Counted from the first letter of the stretch, positions 25,094-40,039 are shown. The stretch: DNA of 64,000 nucleotides from Bigelowiella natans CCMP2755 (GCA_000320545.1 ADNK01001949.1:54845-118844), one strand, 5' to 3'. Notes: generated by a model not told the origin, from the letters alone. Numbers and translations: made by a program.

Positions 25094-26760
25094 TTAATTT
25101 CCGCCACCACTGTCAAGTCCTCCAGTAGCAGCCAGGGCAATTACGATGATGACTGCAAGAACAATTAGTGCTAGAATCCCACAAATGCAAGCCTTCTTTT
25201 GAGCTGCCCATCTATAATTAGCAGCCTGGAGTAACTCTCTCGCAGCCTCACCTGTATATTCCTTCGTACCTTTGTATACACAGCTCAGACATTATAACCA
25301 TTTCTTCAAAATACAAATTGAACAAATTTACTTTCAATGTGGTAAGCTATGCTGTCCACTGTTTCTTGTTGCTGTTCCACAAGAGCAGCCTTTTTCAGAG
25401 AACATATGGTTAATCTTTATAAGGTCAGAAGCGAAGATCAAGGGTTAATACATGTGTTAACACTCTACCATATCCTGAAACATTGACAACAAATTTCTGA
25501 CTTCGGTATTTATCTGATTCACTGCATTAGATCTTTGCATCAGTCTTTCTAGAGTCTGCTGATTTTCTCCCATTAGCATCGCGTTAATAAACTCTTTGTC
25601 TCCTCCTAACAAATGTAATCATATAAATCAAAATGAGGGAGATGTTTTTCTTGTGTCTATGTATTCACCTCGTTCGATCAAGTCATCAAGCCCAGCCTCG
25701 TCTAATTTTTTTTGTGTCCAAAGGCCAATTTCGCGTTTGGCTCTGTTGTGCACCTGTGGTCGCTCAATCAGCTACAGAGTATACTCTACACATGCAATAT
25801 ATGTACCCTGCGACGAAATTCGTTTGTCAACGATGAATAAGTTTTTTGAACTTTATGATACTTTTGCAGGTAGTAATTGAATAGATTTTTTTTAATCTCA
25901 ACCTTTTTATAATGTAAAATCAACAAAAGATTAATCGGCTTTCTGACACAGCTGACAGCATATAGTGTACTTACAACGATGGATCCAGGTAAACTTTTAT
26001 TGGTTGATTGCTCTAGATCCTTCTTCAACCCATCCCTACCATTTGCTTTAGAGAAACACATATATTTGTATTTTATCGGAATTTTTCAAAATAATATCAC
26101 GTACCACCAACCAACTTCGCTTTTATCTGCTGGGCGTCATTCCTTGCACTGGAGATAACTTTAGTCATGCTGGTCACAATTTCTTCTTTTTGGTTAGAAT
26201 CTATCACTTGGTTGACCTATTGATCGATAGCCACATCATTTCGTTGTAAAAATCTATCACCTAAGTTTACCTTCTCTATAGCCTCCCGTAGCTCCTCATT
26301 CGCCATTTCAATCTTCCGTATTCGAGACTTCACCTCAATGTACATTGTAAGAATTGGCTGCATAGTACTCTTCTTCTTCTCATTAGAATCGGTTTCACTA
26401 AGTGGCTGGCCCTTTTCCAAATCTGAAGTTTTCTAACGCACATTCAAATTTTTAAAATAGAATTCAAAATTCACAGAAATGGATAGTACCATCAACTCCG
26501 GCTGAGATGCTTTTAGAATTTTAGTCCTAAGCAATGCCATCAATGAATGAGATTGATCGCATGGACCCTCCTTGAGCTCTTGTCCAGTTGGTTTCATCAT
26601 CATTGCCTGTTGGTAAAGACATAATTAAAACGAGTAGGAGAAATAAGACAGCAGCGATTCCAATCCCTTTAGTCCGCTATATTGTTATCTACGTGTAAAA
26701 GTTTCCAGAAGCTTCTGATTAAAGATACAAACTACAACACAAGGATTCAATTGGACACCA
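25094..26760 (-). CDS. Syntaxin-like (Qa) t-SNARE, multi-exon; start approximate
   Basis: SNARE motif exons VNQINTEVRNLLSMFQDM, ALVEQQQETVDSIAYHIE, TKEYTGEAARELLQAANYRWAAQKRR, followed by a C-terminal TM anchor LAFVGILALIVLAVIIVIALAA and stop at 25094-25096. Habc-like exon EVKSRIRKIEMANEELREAIEK. Confidence 0.8.
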
Positions 26761-27238
26761 TTTCCGCTTTACCAGCGCTTTATAAAAAAATAAGACACAA
26801 TTATTTTCTCCTGAAAACCGGTCCGATTCGAAAACAAAGCCAATTTCTCCAGATTGTAGTCGCATCACCTGCTACACAGTTCGAAATCGCTCTAATCACC
26901 TGCAATGGGATTTGTTGTAGCAACTAGTTTTTCAAATGGGCGAATTGGTACAATTAGTCTCGATTGGCGACAACTGGGAACTAAAACACAGGCGATTTTG
27001 CGTATTTCATAGTAAAATATTCAAGTGGCACAATCAGAATTCCCGGAAAAGGCATGCCGTTCAACTCATGGATGGGGAATCCTCCATGTCGTATTTCATA
27101 ATCGGCAATGTTTACTGGATTCGCAAATATTTAAGAGGAAAATAAAAAATCGGTAACAAAATCGCTTTGACAAAACGGAGTTTGTCCTGGGCTCACATAT
27201 CTCAAAGCACACATCGTCCTGCCCCGCCGCCGCCAAAC

Positions 27239-28424
27239 ATGGACCCCAACAAAGCACTACAGGTACAATGGAGCCTGTACCATAATGGAGGATATTTGCG
27301 GTTAACCATTTTCTGGAATTAGGTTGCCGAATTTCAGGAGCTGTTTGTCAAAGCTTACACAGCTTTTGAGGCAGATGTTGGTCATAGTCCCTCACATTGC
27401 CTCGAATTGGTTTTGGCAACACATTCTAATGCCCACTGTTCACAGAAGGGACGAGCCTTCTTGAGATATTCGGACAACTTTCGGGGATCGTTCCATCCGC
27501 CCCATCAGTCGAGGCTGTGGAAGAAGAAGCCCCTGTAGTGGATGAAAATCTCGCTGAACAGGAAAAAGAAGAGGCAATCTCTGAAGAAAAGACTGAAAAC
27601 ACATCAATTTCTACACCAGTGCAAGAGCGCAACAAACGAATCGACCTGGAATCATCAGTATTTAGTGCTAAAAAGCCTGAGATCAAATCTTCAGTTCGCA
27701 ATCATCATGCTTCTGGTTATTAGCATAATTTTCAGATAGTTCGTTTCTCCTGTGAAATGATGTATGGATTGCAGGTGGTTCAAGCTCTCTCCAGCTTTTT
27801 GGTGACAGTGCTTCTGGAAATGAATCTGGAACTAAGACGGCTAAGAAGATGGGAAAATCAAAAACGTCTTCCAATATCTCCTTTGGAGATCAAACTGTCG
27901 CGACCCCCTCGGGCGATAAAGCTGGCATCTACTCCGTATATTTCAAATTATCAGCATCGTCCAGGTGGCGTCACATGATTTTTATGTATGTACCAGATGG
28001 TCAAACCAGAAACATGCAAGAAACTGGCTGCTATGATTTATAAATCCGGCAGAATGAAGGTTACCGACTGCTACTAAAGTCTAAAATACCAATTTCTCAA
28101 GTTACAACCATTTTTATCTCAGACTGTATTCCAAACCTTTGTGGGTGATCCAGTTGGTAAATCCATCACCAAAGAAAGCTTCCTAGCCGCTGCTACTTTA
28201 TCTAAGGTGAATAATGCACGTCAGTCGTGAATATATTATTGAATTCCTTTTGATACACTAGACGGGTGTTACGGCCGAAGATACTGATGCAATCTTCAGT
28301 TTGTATGCTAAAAAAGGTACTGTTTCGGAATATGCTGCGTTTCAGCTTACTCATTTTATACCGTGTAGGAGACACACTATCCTACGCTGCATTTGTTCGT
28401 CTCACTGCTGGCTTGGAGAACTAG
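27239..28424 (+). CDS. Hypothetical protein with acidic linker and C-terminal degenerate EF-hand-like pair, multi-exon
   Basis: ATG 27239 MDPNKALQ | VAEFQELFVKAYTAFEADV | EGTSLLEIFGQLSGIV... | TVFQTFVGDPVGKSITKESFLAAA | TAEDTDAIFSLYAKK | GDTLSYAAFVRLTAGLEN, stop 28422-28424; exon phases are consistent by eye. Confidence 0.65.
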
Positions 28425-28579
28425 AGAATGTGATAGACTGTGGCATAACGCTGTCGATTACGTACGGTATTCTAGCCCCTATGAAACATATAAGTCTTTT
28501 TATTTGATGACCTCGCAATACCTCCTTGAAAACTAAATCTTAAGTTGCACAATAGACACTTCTAAGTCTAATTAAAATA

Positions 28580-29580
28580 TGACTCGATGACCAAGCTCAT
28601 TCTACGATACTGGTAGTAGCACTAGCGTTTTCCATGCCGTTCATGCTAGCAGCCTAGCATGCTCATAATGCTCTAACCAGACATGAGTTGATCTGCAGAC
28701 CTAATCAGATCATCTTGAAAATGCTGCATGCTAGCATGGTTGAACACCTAACTAGCATGCTCATGCGCTAGCTTGTGCTAGTTGTGCGTTTTAGGCTTCA
28801 GATAGATGTCTTGCGTTCTCTTACTCTGTCTTTCACTGTCTAGCTGTCTAGCTGTGCTAGTGTGCAGCACGCGCTGATCGAGGCTGAAAATGTTTTCTTC
28901 TGTGATAGTGCTAGAGTGATGACTACTCTAGTACTAGCTAGCTAGGAGAGCGAGCGGAACCTCATTTTTGTGAACAATGACTGCAATCGACAGCGTTTGA
29001 TAGCTTGCTAGCTTGTGCACACCAGCACAATTTTGCTGCACAGCTAAAGATTCCGCCCGCTCTAGCGCTCTCGAGTCCTTGGTCTAATAGTCACCACTCT
29101 GCTTCCTAGCTAGTCTAGAACCACTCTAGCACTGACCACTAGACCATTCAGCTAAACGAAAACTAGAGAAATTTGCATGCACAATGGTGAATCTACAACG
29201 GGAAGCTAGGAAGGCGCGTTGAATGCATCGCATGACAATCTAGCAATGTCACATGAACGAATGATTCAGCGATGTCAATGCTAGCAATGCACAGAATCTA
29301 GACATTTGATCGGTCATCACGCGTGAATTTTTCATTTGCAACGTGCAAGCTTGCAAGAAGGCATGAGGAAAGTTGTGCGCTGGCGATTCTACACTCACCC
29401 CACGCCGCAGTAATGCATTCTTCAGCAATGTAGAAAATGTCTAGAATTCTGACAATACTCGCAGAGTGGTTTCATGATAGTTGGAATTTGCAAACGTTGC
29501 AAGACCACAAGTTTTAATGATGCGATGCGTGATTACCTTTCGCACGAATTTAGCTTCATTAAACGAGCATGCTGGCATGG
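28580..29580. other. CTAG-rich, TpA-reduced intergenic island
   Basis: Dense gctagc/tctaga/actagc and gcatgc. Lies between the convergent 3' ends of the 27.2 kb gene and the DPP-IV gene. Confidence 0.7.
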
Positions 29581-29610
29581 CTTGCTGGGCACGGATGGCA
29601 TGATTCTATC

Positions 29611-30599
29611 CTACTTCTCCACCTTCAGTGCCGAATGGAAATGGGCAAAAATTTTCTCTTCCATATAGATCAAATCCTGATGCTACAAACAGAGGGAAAA
29701 CACATTCAATCTATAACCGTAGACATATATAGACATATATAGTATCTACTCATGTGTAAAAATGTTAGAGATGCATTAACAGAATGCAGGGAAAATCAAC
29801 TACCTTTCTTGGCTGATGTCGTTCGTCCGGGAAGAGGAGTAATCTGTAGTCTTTGCGTGCGTGGATTAACGCATTGATCAGCCTCGCGGTATGGCGGAAA
29901 TGCACATTTTCGTCGATGAGGCCGTGTACCTGAATAACAGCAAAAGCATATGTTCATGGTCAACATAGCACTTCCAATGAATATGATACCCATACGAGTG
30001 CCGCACACACACACGCACACCCACACCCACACACACACACACACTACAGCAACACTTCCATACAAATATACGCTAATATACAAGTATAACCAGTAATAAA
30101 TCCCCGTCGAGGTTCTCCACGTGTTCCATCACCGACCCAATCTTATACCCCTTTTACAGACATCATTCACGACGGTGATGCGTCCTTCGAGAAAACAGCG
30201 CGCAGACACATAGACATGCAAAGACGGCGTGCGGAAACTGCAGCAATCGCGAAAGAAAAGGGAAAAGAAAAACCATCCGGGGAGGGAGGGGCGCATCAGG
30301 GTTATTTGTTATGTGTATTCTCATCAGCCAGGGCTTCGAAGACTTGACATGAAACAATAGTTCATCACCTGCGCCTATAAACTCCCACTTCCCCCATCCT
30401 CGTCTATTTCTTTTCATTCATTATCCCCCCCCCCCCCCCCCCCCCCTGACCCCCGATCTCTCTCCCCACTCTCGCTCGCTGTCGCTCTCTTTCGCCTGGT
30501 TCCACCTTAGGGTTCGACTGTGGCGTGCCCATGTATCGCTCAGTGTAGTCTGAAAACGAGTGATATGTAGATTTATTTAATTATATTGCATATTTAGAA

Positions 30600-30645
<46 letters not shown>

Positions 30646-31426
30646 GTATGGGTGTGCGTATATGTTTCGATAAACTAATGTTATCAGAATCTCATTCTCC
30701 TGGCCTTTTCGCTGCAGTATATCTACACAGCGGTAGCATTGCATTCCACACGTTCTCTCCGTCCCCCTCCCTCACCCCTCTCACCCTCCTTTGAAGCCTA
30801 TATGTATTCATGCACAGTATGTGTGTGTGTGTTTGTGTTTGGTGCTGTTATTGAAATACATACGCGTGTCATATCCATCCCAGTGTGTTACGGGTGCTCC
30901 TGAGACCCCCGCCTATTCAGGAGGCATTTATTCGAAAACTTAAAAAAAACAAACATCTAGACCTTTACACACACACACAGACACACACATGTAAACACCT
31001 TGTATACTAACCAAATGCTTCCACACCCAATACAATACCCGCGATAAGACGCCCAGTGAACGTCTTGCTATGTGAAACCCCCCCCCCTCCCCCCATCATC
31101 CACTCCTCCTTATACCTCCCAAAAGTAGGAAGGGGGTAGAGGACAACTACACTTTACGCATTTTTTATGCGTAGTGTGGATTATTCGTTAATATCACTTC
31201 GACTTTCCATGTGTTGTTAAACGCTAAAATGCACGTTTTTTTATTACATCCTGACCTTGAATACTTCGGGCTTTTGAGCCATGCACATGAGCGTCATATA
31301 CCCGCCATATGACCACCCATAGATTCCAATCTGCGAGCATCGGAGCGCATGGCAAATGATAATCAACTTTAAAAAACGTAATGTAGCTTATTATAGAATC
31401 AACTCACGGCATACACAAAAACAGAC

Positions 31427-31471
<45 letters not shown>

Positions 31472-32204
31472 GCACATATATTCGCACCTTCTCCTTATGC
31501 ACTAGTCCTTTTTTAATGAAATGCTGAACCTGGCACAACACCATTTGTGGATGATTAAAGAAACAACCGAGAAATCTTCTCAAAAAAACATTGGAAAATC
31601 AACTACCAAAAAACCAAACAAGCCTCTTTCAACTACAGCGCATATACATGCTCGCAACGGTGCAAGCATAAACCTCAATACATCGCCCTGCGGACACCCT
31701 TCATTCAAGAGAGCTTTCGTTACTAGACATGAAACGGCGTGCTATCATTGCATAGCCTACCACATTCGTTTGGTCTTCAACTTCCACAGTCCCCATCTTC
31801 CACCTTCATCAAGCAGCACAATCACATCTCTAAACTGAAAAAACGTACACAACCACGCACCGCCCCCCTCTCCCTCGCCCTTGCAACCGCCCCCACTTCC
31901 CCATCAAACCGAATCCGGGCAAACAAACGACGTTAAGGAGTTGATTACTTCAGAGCTCCTTCGAATTCAAGGCCTCTCCTTGCCGACCCGCGGTTATCGA
32001 TTTTAAGAACCATAAACCCCTGAAACCCAAGTCATACAATATATATATATATATATATATATATTAATACACTTTACATAGAAAACAAAGCCGAATCGGA
32101 AAGGAGAGGCTTGGCCTCGCGTCCAGAAGCACGGCAGTTTCAAAGGTACTATCTACATGCATGTTCATCTGTACATTCGCTTTGCCAATGGGGTTTGTGT
32201 GCTA

Positions 32205-32237
<33 letters not shown>

Positions 32238-32514
32238 TGTGTGCGTACGCGTATGCGTTTATCGTAATATAAGATCCACTGCTCGATGATTCTACATGCA
32301 TACTACTTTCCATAAACTTACATTTTGAACGAAGTGCTGCGTGCGAAGATCTGCCGTGAGTGACCATTTATCAACGACGCCTTGGTAGTGGGGACCTCCG
32401 TACACCTATATAGTCGGACGGTGAGTTCCAGCAATCATGTGTGTGCAGCAAAGGAGGCCGGCGCTTGATTCCGGAAATCCAAACCTTGAAAGATCCTTCA
32501 ATCTCTCTCTCTCC

Positions 32515-32560
<46 letters not shown>

Positions 32561-32988
32561 TCGCTGCCCAAAGAGCGACACGCATCATTCGTCTAAATGC
32601 TGCAAGCGCGGCGAGAATGGCAGAATCACCGAGACTATGGTTGGATATGGCCCCTCACCGAAGACGTCCTTCCTTGGAATATAACGCGCAGTTTGGAGAG
32701 CAACCTCTGCAGCATCATTTTCTTCAGATTAATTCGTGCATGCCGCTCGGGTGAGCAGGGTAAGTGCGCCAATGCTTACATGATGACTTTATTCTACAGC
32801 ATCAGTGCTAGCGATACTGTTGCGTGTTCAATTTCCACACCTTTATGGCCATCACCATCTTTGCATTCAGCCCTTACTTTGACCTCCTCTGCCGTACAAA
32901 TACACAAGATGATGTTAAAGTGCTGATGAGGAATATTGCATGTCCAATATATACATGTAGAAGTAATATGTTGGCGGATATGGCGATC

Positions 32989-33021
<33 letters not shown>

Positions 33022-34527
33022 CATTTGATAGGGCAAATTTACCAAATATTGGTGTCACAAGATTCATCTTAGCGAGGAGGCCCGTTGGAACTTTCACGTC
33101 AAAATGGACGATCTTCTGCTTTTTTATTTTCTTTTCGAGAGTGAGGGGAAGGGGGGTGTGAGGCAGCGTTAGATGAAAGAAAAACCAACCACTCTCATCA
33201 GCATCTTGAGAGCTACCGAGGAGGGTATGACGATAGATTAAGGGGGGGAAAGGGGGGGAAATGTACGCGGCCATTAACACGTACGTTTTCAATTAAATCA
33301 TCATTTGCTTCATCACACGCTTCCAGATGAACTCTGCACAAAGACACGCTCGTACTCGTACTACTTCCGGTGGTACATGAAAACGTTTCTAGTTTGACGG
33401 CACTCGCAACATCAGAAGAAACACTTACTCACACCTCTTCTTTATCACCCCCGCCTCCCCCGTTTAAAGGCTTTATTTGGATTTTGGGAGTTTCGTCGAC
33501 GTTTGAGTAGGAGTCTACATAGCTCGAGAAGTCGGAGGCCATGACAACGCTATGGTACCCACGCCCTGGGAGGTCATTGAGGACAGCGTCAAGCTTCCAC
33601 GCGCGAAGGAATGAGGAGTTTGGTGAGGACGTGCGTGCGTGTGTGCGTGCGTGCGTGCGTGCGTGCGTGTGTGCGTGTGTTTGTGTGCAGATTGCATTTT
33701 GTCAACGCTCTGCGGCGGTTGGATTTCCCGTCACCTTCGGTAATCTTCACGATGTTATCTGGGTCAGGTTTGTCCAGGTTTGCCCGGTAGAGATGTCTCT
33801 CCTTGCAGGAGTCTTTGGACGCTAGGAAGTACACGTGCCCCCGATTCACATCCACAAACTGCCAAATGATGATGATGATGATGATGATGACGACGATGAT
33901 GATAATGATGATGATGATGGTGATGACGATGATGATGATAATGAGATAATGATGGTGATGACGATGATGATGATAATGATGATGATGATGATGATGATGG
34001 CTTGGAGAAATACGCCATCTGCCGTAGATTGGACTTTAACAATTCGACATTGTACTCGGAAAGGTGTGTGTCTGTGTATGTGAGAGAGAGAGAGAGAGAG
34101 AGAGCGAGTGTATTTAAATTTGTATGTATTACCGAAGAATTGCACGCATCAACTACCCATTTTCCTTTTGTGAGCTACAAATATGCGCCAAAACCATGAA
34201 TCAATACAAATTTGACTGCGAATGTTTGCGTGTAAGTAAAGCGGTTTCGCCTCTTCCTCCTCCTTAAAAAAACTCATTTGTAATCTGAAAGGTGTGAGTT
34301 ATTGCAATTTGCTTACGGGGGTGCAAGCTCCATCCTCATCGATCTTGTATAGATGCGTGTATCTGTGGGTTGGAAGACATGGTGGTTATGATGGATTTTT
34401 AGTGCCCAACCGTGTTTTCGGTGTATTATAAATGCAAATGCACGTGTATATGTGCAATGGGCAAAGGTATATAATCTATGTCAAATATTGATACGAGTGC
34501 CGTAAACAGCAAAATGCGTATGTGTAC

Positions 34528-34572
<45 letters not shown>

Positions 34573-35215
34573 GTGTGCGTGTGTATGTGCAGCAAAGCAG
34601 CCGTAAACGAGACAGGCATTCTCTTAACTCTAACTCGTACCCTGTGCGTTCTGAGGCCCAGATAAATGATTTTCCTCCCAAAGGCAAAAGCACTTGATGG
34701 AGGTTAATCCAGTACTTGCTCTCCGTCTAAATAGAGGTGACGAGCCGACCAAATGTCAGCATCCAAAATCACGGCAATAAACTACCAACCGCAACACCCA
34801 AATCCGACACAGAAATACGTGTAAATGACGGTACAAACGTTGTCGTAGCGCGAGGCCCACGCTCAGGCAAAAATCCACATGCGAGGAAAACCCAAAACGT
34901 GAAATGCATCGTCCTCTGAGACGGGGTGATAATCACCATTCCAACCCTTGCCAATTCTTCGTTAAAAAGGGTTATCTTTTTTTAATGCTGCATCGTCGGG
35001 CAGAGGCGCTTCCGACTTGCTGCAAAGCATTGGCGTGTTGTGTGAGGAGAGATCGCTCCTCCAAGTCAACAAACCATGCAAATCATCAGTATCAATTACA
35101 CAAGACAACTGCGTCGTCCTACCTCTTTGAACAGCAGTTTGGACTTCTTCTCATGAAAACTATAAAGCTGAAGAGTATGAAGACCACCAACTATTTACTT
35201 ATGCTTGTGTTTACA

Positions 35216-35287
<72 letters not shown>

Positions 35288-35923
35288 CCGCATGCATACT
35301 ATGCTTACATCTTATATACAGAAAACGACGGATACATGCCGCAGAAACATGCTCTCCGTCGGGCTATAACGCAATATATGATTTGATTCTTACGTGCACG
35401 TCGAGCTCGGTTTGGTCTCGATTTTGCACCATATACACCTGAAAACACGGAGCGAGCAAACTAAGGAAGGTAGCCGGCAGTTGTGTCTGTCGGATACAAC
35501 AACACCGCAACATGGGATCGTAGCTGCTTTTAAGCCGATTGATTATTCTCCGGCCAATCCAGTCAAAGCACTACCAGCTCCTTGTCGTTGAGCCAACGCA
35601 CGTTCGTTAGGTAGAAATCAGCGCCAAAGCTTTCCTCCAATTCCAGCCTGGCGAACAAACCAAACAAGACGCCGTGATGTGCATTTTCCAAGAACGCTAT
35701 TCTTCGTAAGAAAGGCAATCAGGAGATGCACAGCAGTTTTGCTGCTACTAGCGCGGATGCTCACTCGCGGTTCTTGCTACTACCACTTTTCCGCCCTGGA
35801 GCCACTGTGTGAGACGATTCCAAGTTTGACTTTCGGATTAGCGGCGCCTGAGAGAGGAGAGGAGGTGGATGGAGAACTCTGCATTGGCCTTTGTCTGGAC
35901 ATCGGTATAGAGGTTATGCTGTG

Positions 35924-35965
<42 letters not shown>

Positions 35966-36416
35966 TATATACACCTGCAAAGGGATACGCATGATCTTCC
36001 TCTGCCTCCTTTCCGACCTAAATCATACATTTGTTTAGCTGCAACCTACAACGCGTGTACACATACGGGTTCCCACGCTTACGCACATATGTCCTTACTC
36101 TGTGCAAACAGGGAGGGGGGGCGGGGATTAAGCGCATATACGATGCAGCACCATCTCCGCGAGAGAGTACATAGTACTCGCGTTTTTGCCCCGTAAAACA
36201 ACTTAAAGCCCCGTCTCATAATATCCACCATCATCATCGTCATTAACATTAGCAGCATTGACACCCTCCTTGCTCGTAATTTTTATGTTAAGAAAAGCCG
36301 TCTGGTGATTGAAAATTGCACTATGGCCACGAGGAAGTATGAAGACGAACCTTGTCGCTGCCTTGATGCATGATGCGGTACTTTGGAATGTGATTCTCAT
36401 CCACCTGCGAGAACAC

Positions 36417-36447
<31 letters not shown>

Positions 36448-36899
36448 TGTAGTGAGCATACCAATGTTGTTAGAAACGTGTGGCGACCAATAGTTCCTCT
36501 AAACTGTTGTTAAAATAAAGAGGAAGCGTGCAGTGTGAAATGCGGTGTGGACAAGACTTGCTCAAATGCCACGAATTTGCCATTGGGTGACAGCCAGAAC
36601 CCCTCATATCTGCACAAAAATCATCGGAAAAACACCAAAAACAGCAGTCTGATGCTAACCCGTCATTTGCACCAAAGAATAAAACGCGTACAGACAAGCA
36701 ACAATGAAGACACACACACACAGCGATGTAGTGACGGGGAACAATAACAGAGAGAGAAGGAGGGGTGGGGGAGATCGTTACAAGGATATTAATGTAAAAT
36801 TAACAACATTCACATTTCAGGAACAATCATCTGAAATTCTAATTAGGTCGCTTCCCCCCCATCCTCCTCTCTATACACACTCGCACGCGCGCGCACACG

Positions 36900-36934
<35 letters not shown>

Positions 36935-37669
36935 CTTGACATTTCTTCTTGTGCGACATAATCCGCTATTCCGTTTGTGAGGCCATGCCTCTTAGCACCA
37001 AACGTCACCTTGATGAAACAACGAATAGTTAGTCTTGCCTTCGGGCTAATGGACGATTTGTACAAATCGCAGCTGCAGTATTGCATTTCGGAGCAGCATC
37101 AACGCTTCTTTGGCTCTCTTCATAGAAATTGTGTTCCCTCGTTATCACCGTCATTTTTATCATCATCATGATATGACTACCATAACCGGCTTGCGTCCAC
37201 TGCCTTCAGCGGATATCATCCAAACCTATTTTGGGAAAGATTTGTGTGTGTGTGTGTGTGTGCGCGCGCGCGCGGGCGCGGGAAAGAGAGAAAGAGAGAG
37301 AAAAAAGAGAAAGGGGGGGAGATAGACAGACACAAAGGGGGGAGAGAGAGAGAGAGTGAGAGAGAGAGAAGGTGTGTGTGTGTGTGTGTGTGTGTGTGTC
37401 TATGCGCGCGCGCATATGCAGGTTGCAATCGCTTGTACCTCGGAGTCGCAAACAAAGGCTATTTGTTTGCCATTAGCGCTGAACCGTGCGTCCATCAGCT
37501 ACACTCGTACATTATTTTCAGAAAAAATACAATCGAAAAAACCCTCAACCTCGGTCATCAAAACTATGCCGCAGACAACCATGTTCAATGCATTATTCTC
37601 TATAAGCAAACACAATACATATTTATTATAGGTAACTATATAATATATAAATAATATATACATAATTAA

Positions 37670-37706
<37 letters not shown>

Positions 37707-38208
37707 ACATAAATGTATATTATATTTATACCGATGATGGAAGAGTTTTCGAGTCCACTATCAGCTCTGGTTTGCCGCTCGCCCCCTTGGAACACAAACA
37801 CAAATAAATCAAACTACAAAGAGACTCTTCCTTTTCATGGACCTCGAATCAATCTTACACGCGCGACTACAACATCGAGATCACAAAAGGGGTTGGAGCA
37901 CATGCTCGGGCATGTGACAGCACGCTGCCTATACTTCTTCTGCCTACCCTCAAGATGTAGAGATTTCCATTAAGTGGTAGTAAAATATCTCCTGACACAA
38001 TGCACACATGTTTGATATGCTGCCTGGGATCTGGCCATATATAACCGATTTTCATCTTCGTCTATGATGCGCACATACATGGCATAGATGAGGGGGAGAG
38101 AGAAAGAAAATTCACGCATATCCTCGTTCGCGCACTACAGTTGATTTTAAATCGATCTCTATTTTCGTATGTACTTCGGTCAATAAGAATATTGCTACAC
38201 GCACACAC

Positions 38209-38239
<31 letters not shown>

Positions 38240-38250
38240 AATACGCAGTG

Positions 38251-38294
<44 letters not shown>

Positions 38295-38327
38295 TTGAGT
38301 AAATATGTCGAGTAATGTTGGAGAATT

Positions 38328-38367
<40 letters not shown>

Positions 38368-38463
38368 CTTTCTACCAGAGTTCCCTGGACGCCAGCTATA
38401 CGAAGTTACCCCCTTCGCCAGCATACGAAGTCGCTGCACATAAAACATCGCACGTGCTTATGA

Positions 38464-38494
<31 letters not shown>

Positions 38495-40039
38495 CGTGGG
38501 TTTGTGTGTGTGTTTATATGTGTGTGTGTTATTGATCTATTTATTCGTATTGTCCGCGCGCGTGTATATGCTGTGTGTGTGTGTGTGTATGTGTGTGTGT
38601 GTGTTTGTAGACGTTGAGTATTCAGTGTTTAAGTTCTGGAACCTCTCTCCTAAGTTTCTCCTCCTCCGTATACTTCTTTTTCTCGTCTCCTTTCTGCATA
38701 TATGATTGTAACAACACGCCGACGTACAGTATCATGAGGAGATTCCTTTGCGAAGGCAACTGAGGAAGCAGTGACTATCGTTCCTGGCAATACGATGCGA
38801 GAGGATGTCGCATTTTTCTACTAACACGTCTATGGCAGCGCTCTGCCTATGAGAGCGTCCACAAGCACCAACGCAATGCCTCACCTCTGCATCAAACAGA
38901 ATCGTGATGGTCTTTGTAGCGATTTCCATGCGGTAGAGGCTCTGCGTCAACCCTCCTGCATTGTCGTGTGAGAGGGGCATTATTATCAGTATGCAAAGCC
39001 CCAGGATGCTCTCTTTCTGCATTGTCGCCGTCACCATCGTCATAATCAACAACTTCAAAGAGTTATCAGTTAGGGGGGTGATTAAAACAATGCATGCTCT
39101 TTTCGTATCACACAGGCCGAGTACACACGCGCGCGAGCGCGCGACACGCTTGCCCCATGCAAGGAAGGCCTCTCAGTATCGCACAGCGAACAAGGAATTG
39201 CACAAGCGAAGCCCCTGCTTGTGTCAATGGGAGAGTGCCACACACCTTTCTTGTTCCAGAGGAATACGATGTCCTTGTTGTCCGGAGAGAAGCTGGGAAA
39301 TGAATAAGTGGGGTGTGTGTGGGGGGGGGTGTGTATGTGTGTGCGTAGCTGTCATCTCGAGGTACAGATGTTTGCATCTGGGCAGTTTGGTGTTACTCCT
39401 CAGCGTATTCGCTCGAGTGCTAGAAGTTTAGAGCATGGGTATTTATTATTTACGACTTCATAAAAATATTGGGACTACACGGAGAATGCGTAAGCGTGGT
39501 CAAACCTTATCATCGTTGGAACTCCCTGACATCCGATCTCCGCTCTCCTGAGGGTTGTTTTTCAGCCACATCAGCAATGCACGCGCCCGCGCCCGATCGG
39601 CGTTGCGGGCAACAAATGGATAGAAAGCCAAGAGTTGACATGGATTTTTAGGAAGTTATTGTGATCTCGCGATTTGAATGAAGGCAGGCAGGTGAAGATT
39701 CACCGACCTAGGGAACTTGGCGATGTGTTCGAATGTTATCGTATCCGAATGCTTGTTCTTCAACGGTGGCTGTATAGTTATGACATTATCTATTGCAAGA
39801 GTAGCGAAGTGTGGGAAGTGAAAAGCAGAGATCCTTCGTGGGGCGGGTGCCGACACCACAGCCCAAGATAGTCGAGCACGGTTAGATTCTATTGACCTTA
39901 CCACTTTAACCACTAGCTTGCAAAAAAACAACCCTTCTATCGAGCCTTCCTTAAAAAAACCAACCCCCTTCCCCTCCGCCCCCCCACCCATCCTCCCCAT
40001 AGTTCGCAAACGGACCCCTGGACTGCACGAATTTCCCAT
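29611..40039 (-). CDS. Dipeptidyl peptidase IV / DPP8-9-like serine peptidase (family S9B), multi-exon
   Basis: Catalytic Ser motif [14 protein letters not shown] (~31290-31335), [61 protein letters not shown], stop at 29611. Propeller exons [49 protein letters not shown]. Candidate start MGNSCSPG at 40039. Confidence 0.9.
29990..38610. repeat. Dense intronic microsatellites: (TA)n, (CA)n, (GA)n, (GAT)n, poly-C/G; the same pattern occurs at 1-7.2 kb and 50-58 kb
   Basis: Directly visible, e.g. (TA)n at 30602, 31430, 35926, 38255; (CA)n at 34530, 35220; (GAT)n at 33866-34000. Confidence 0.95.
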
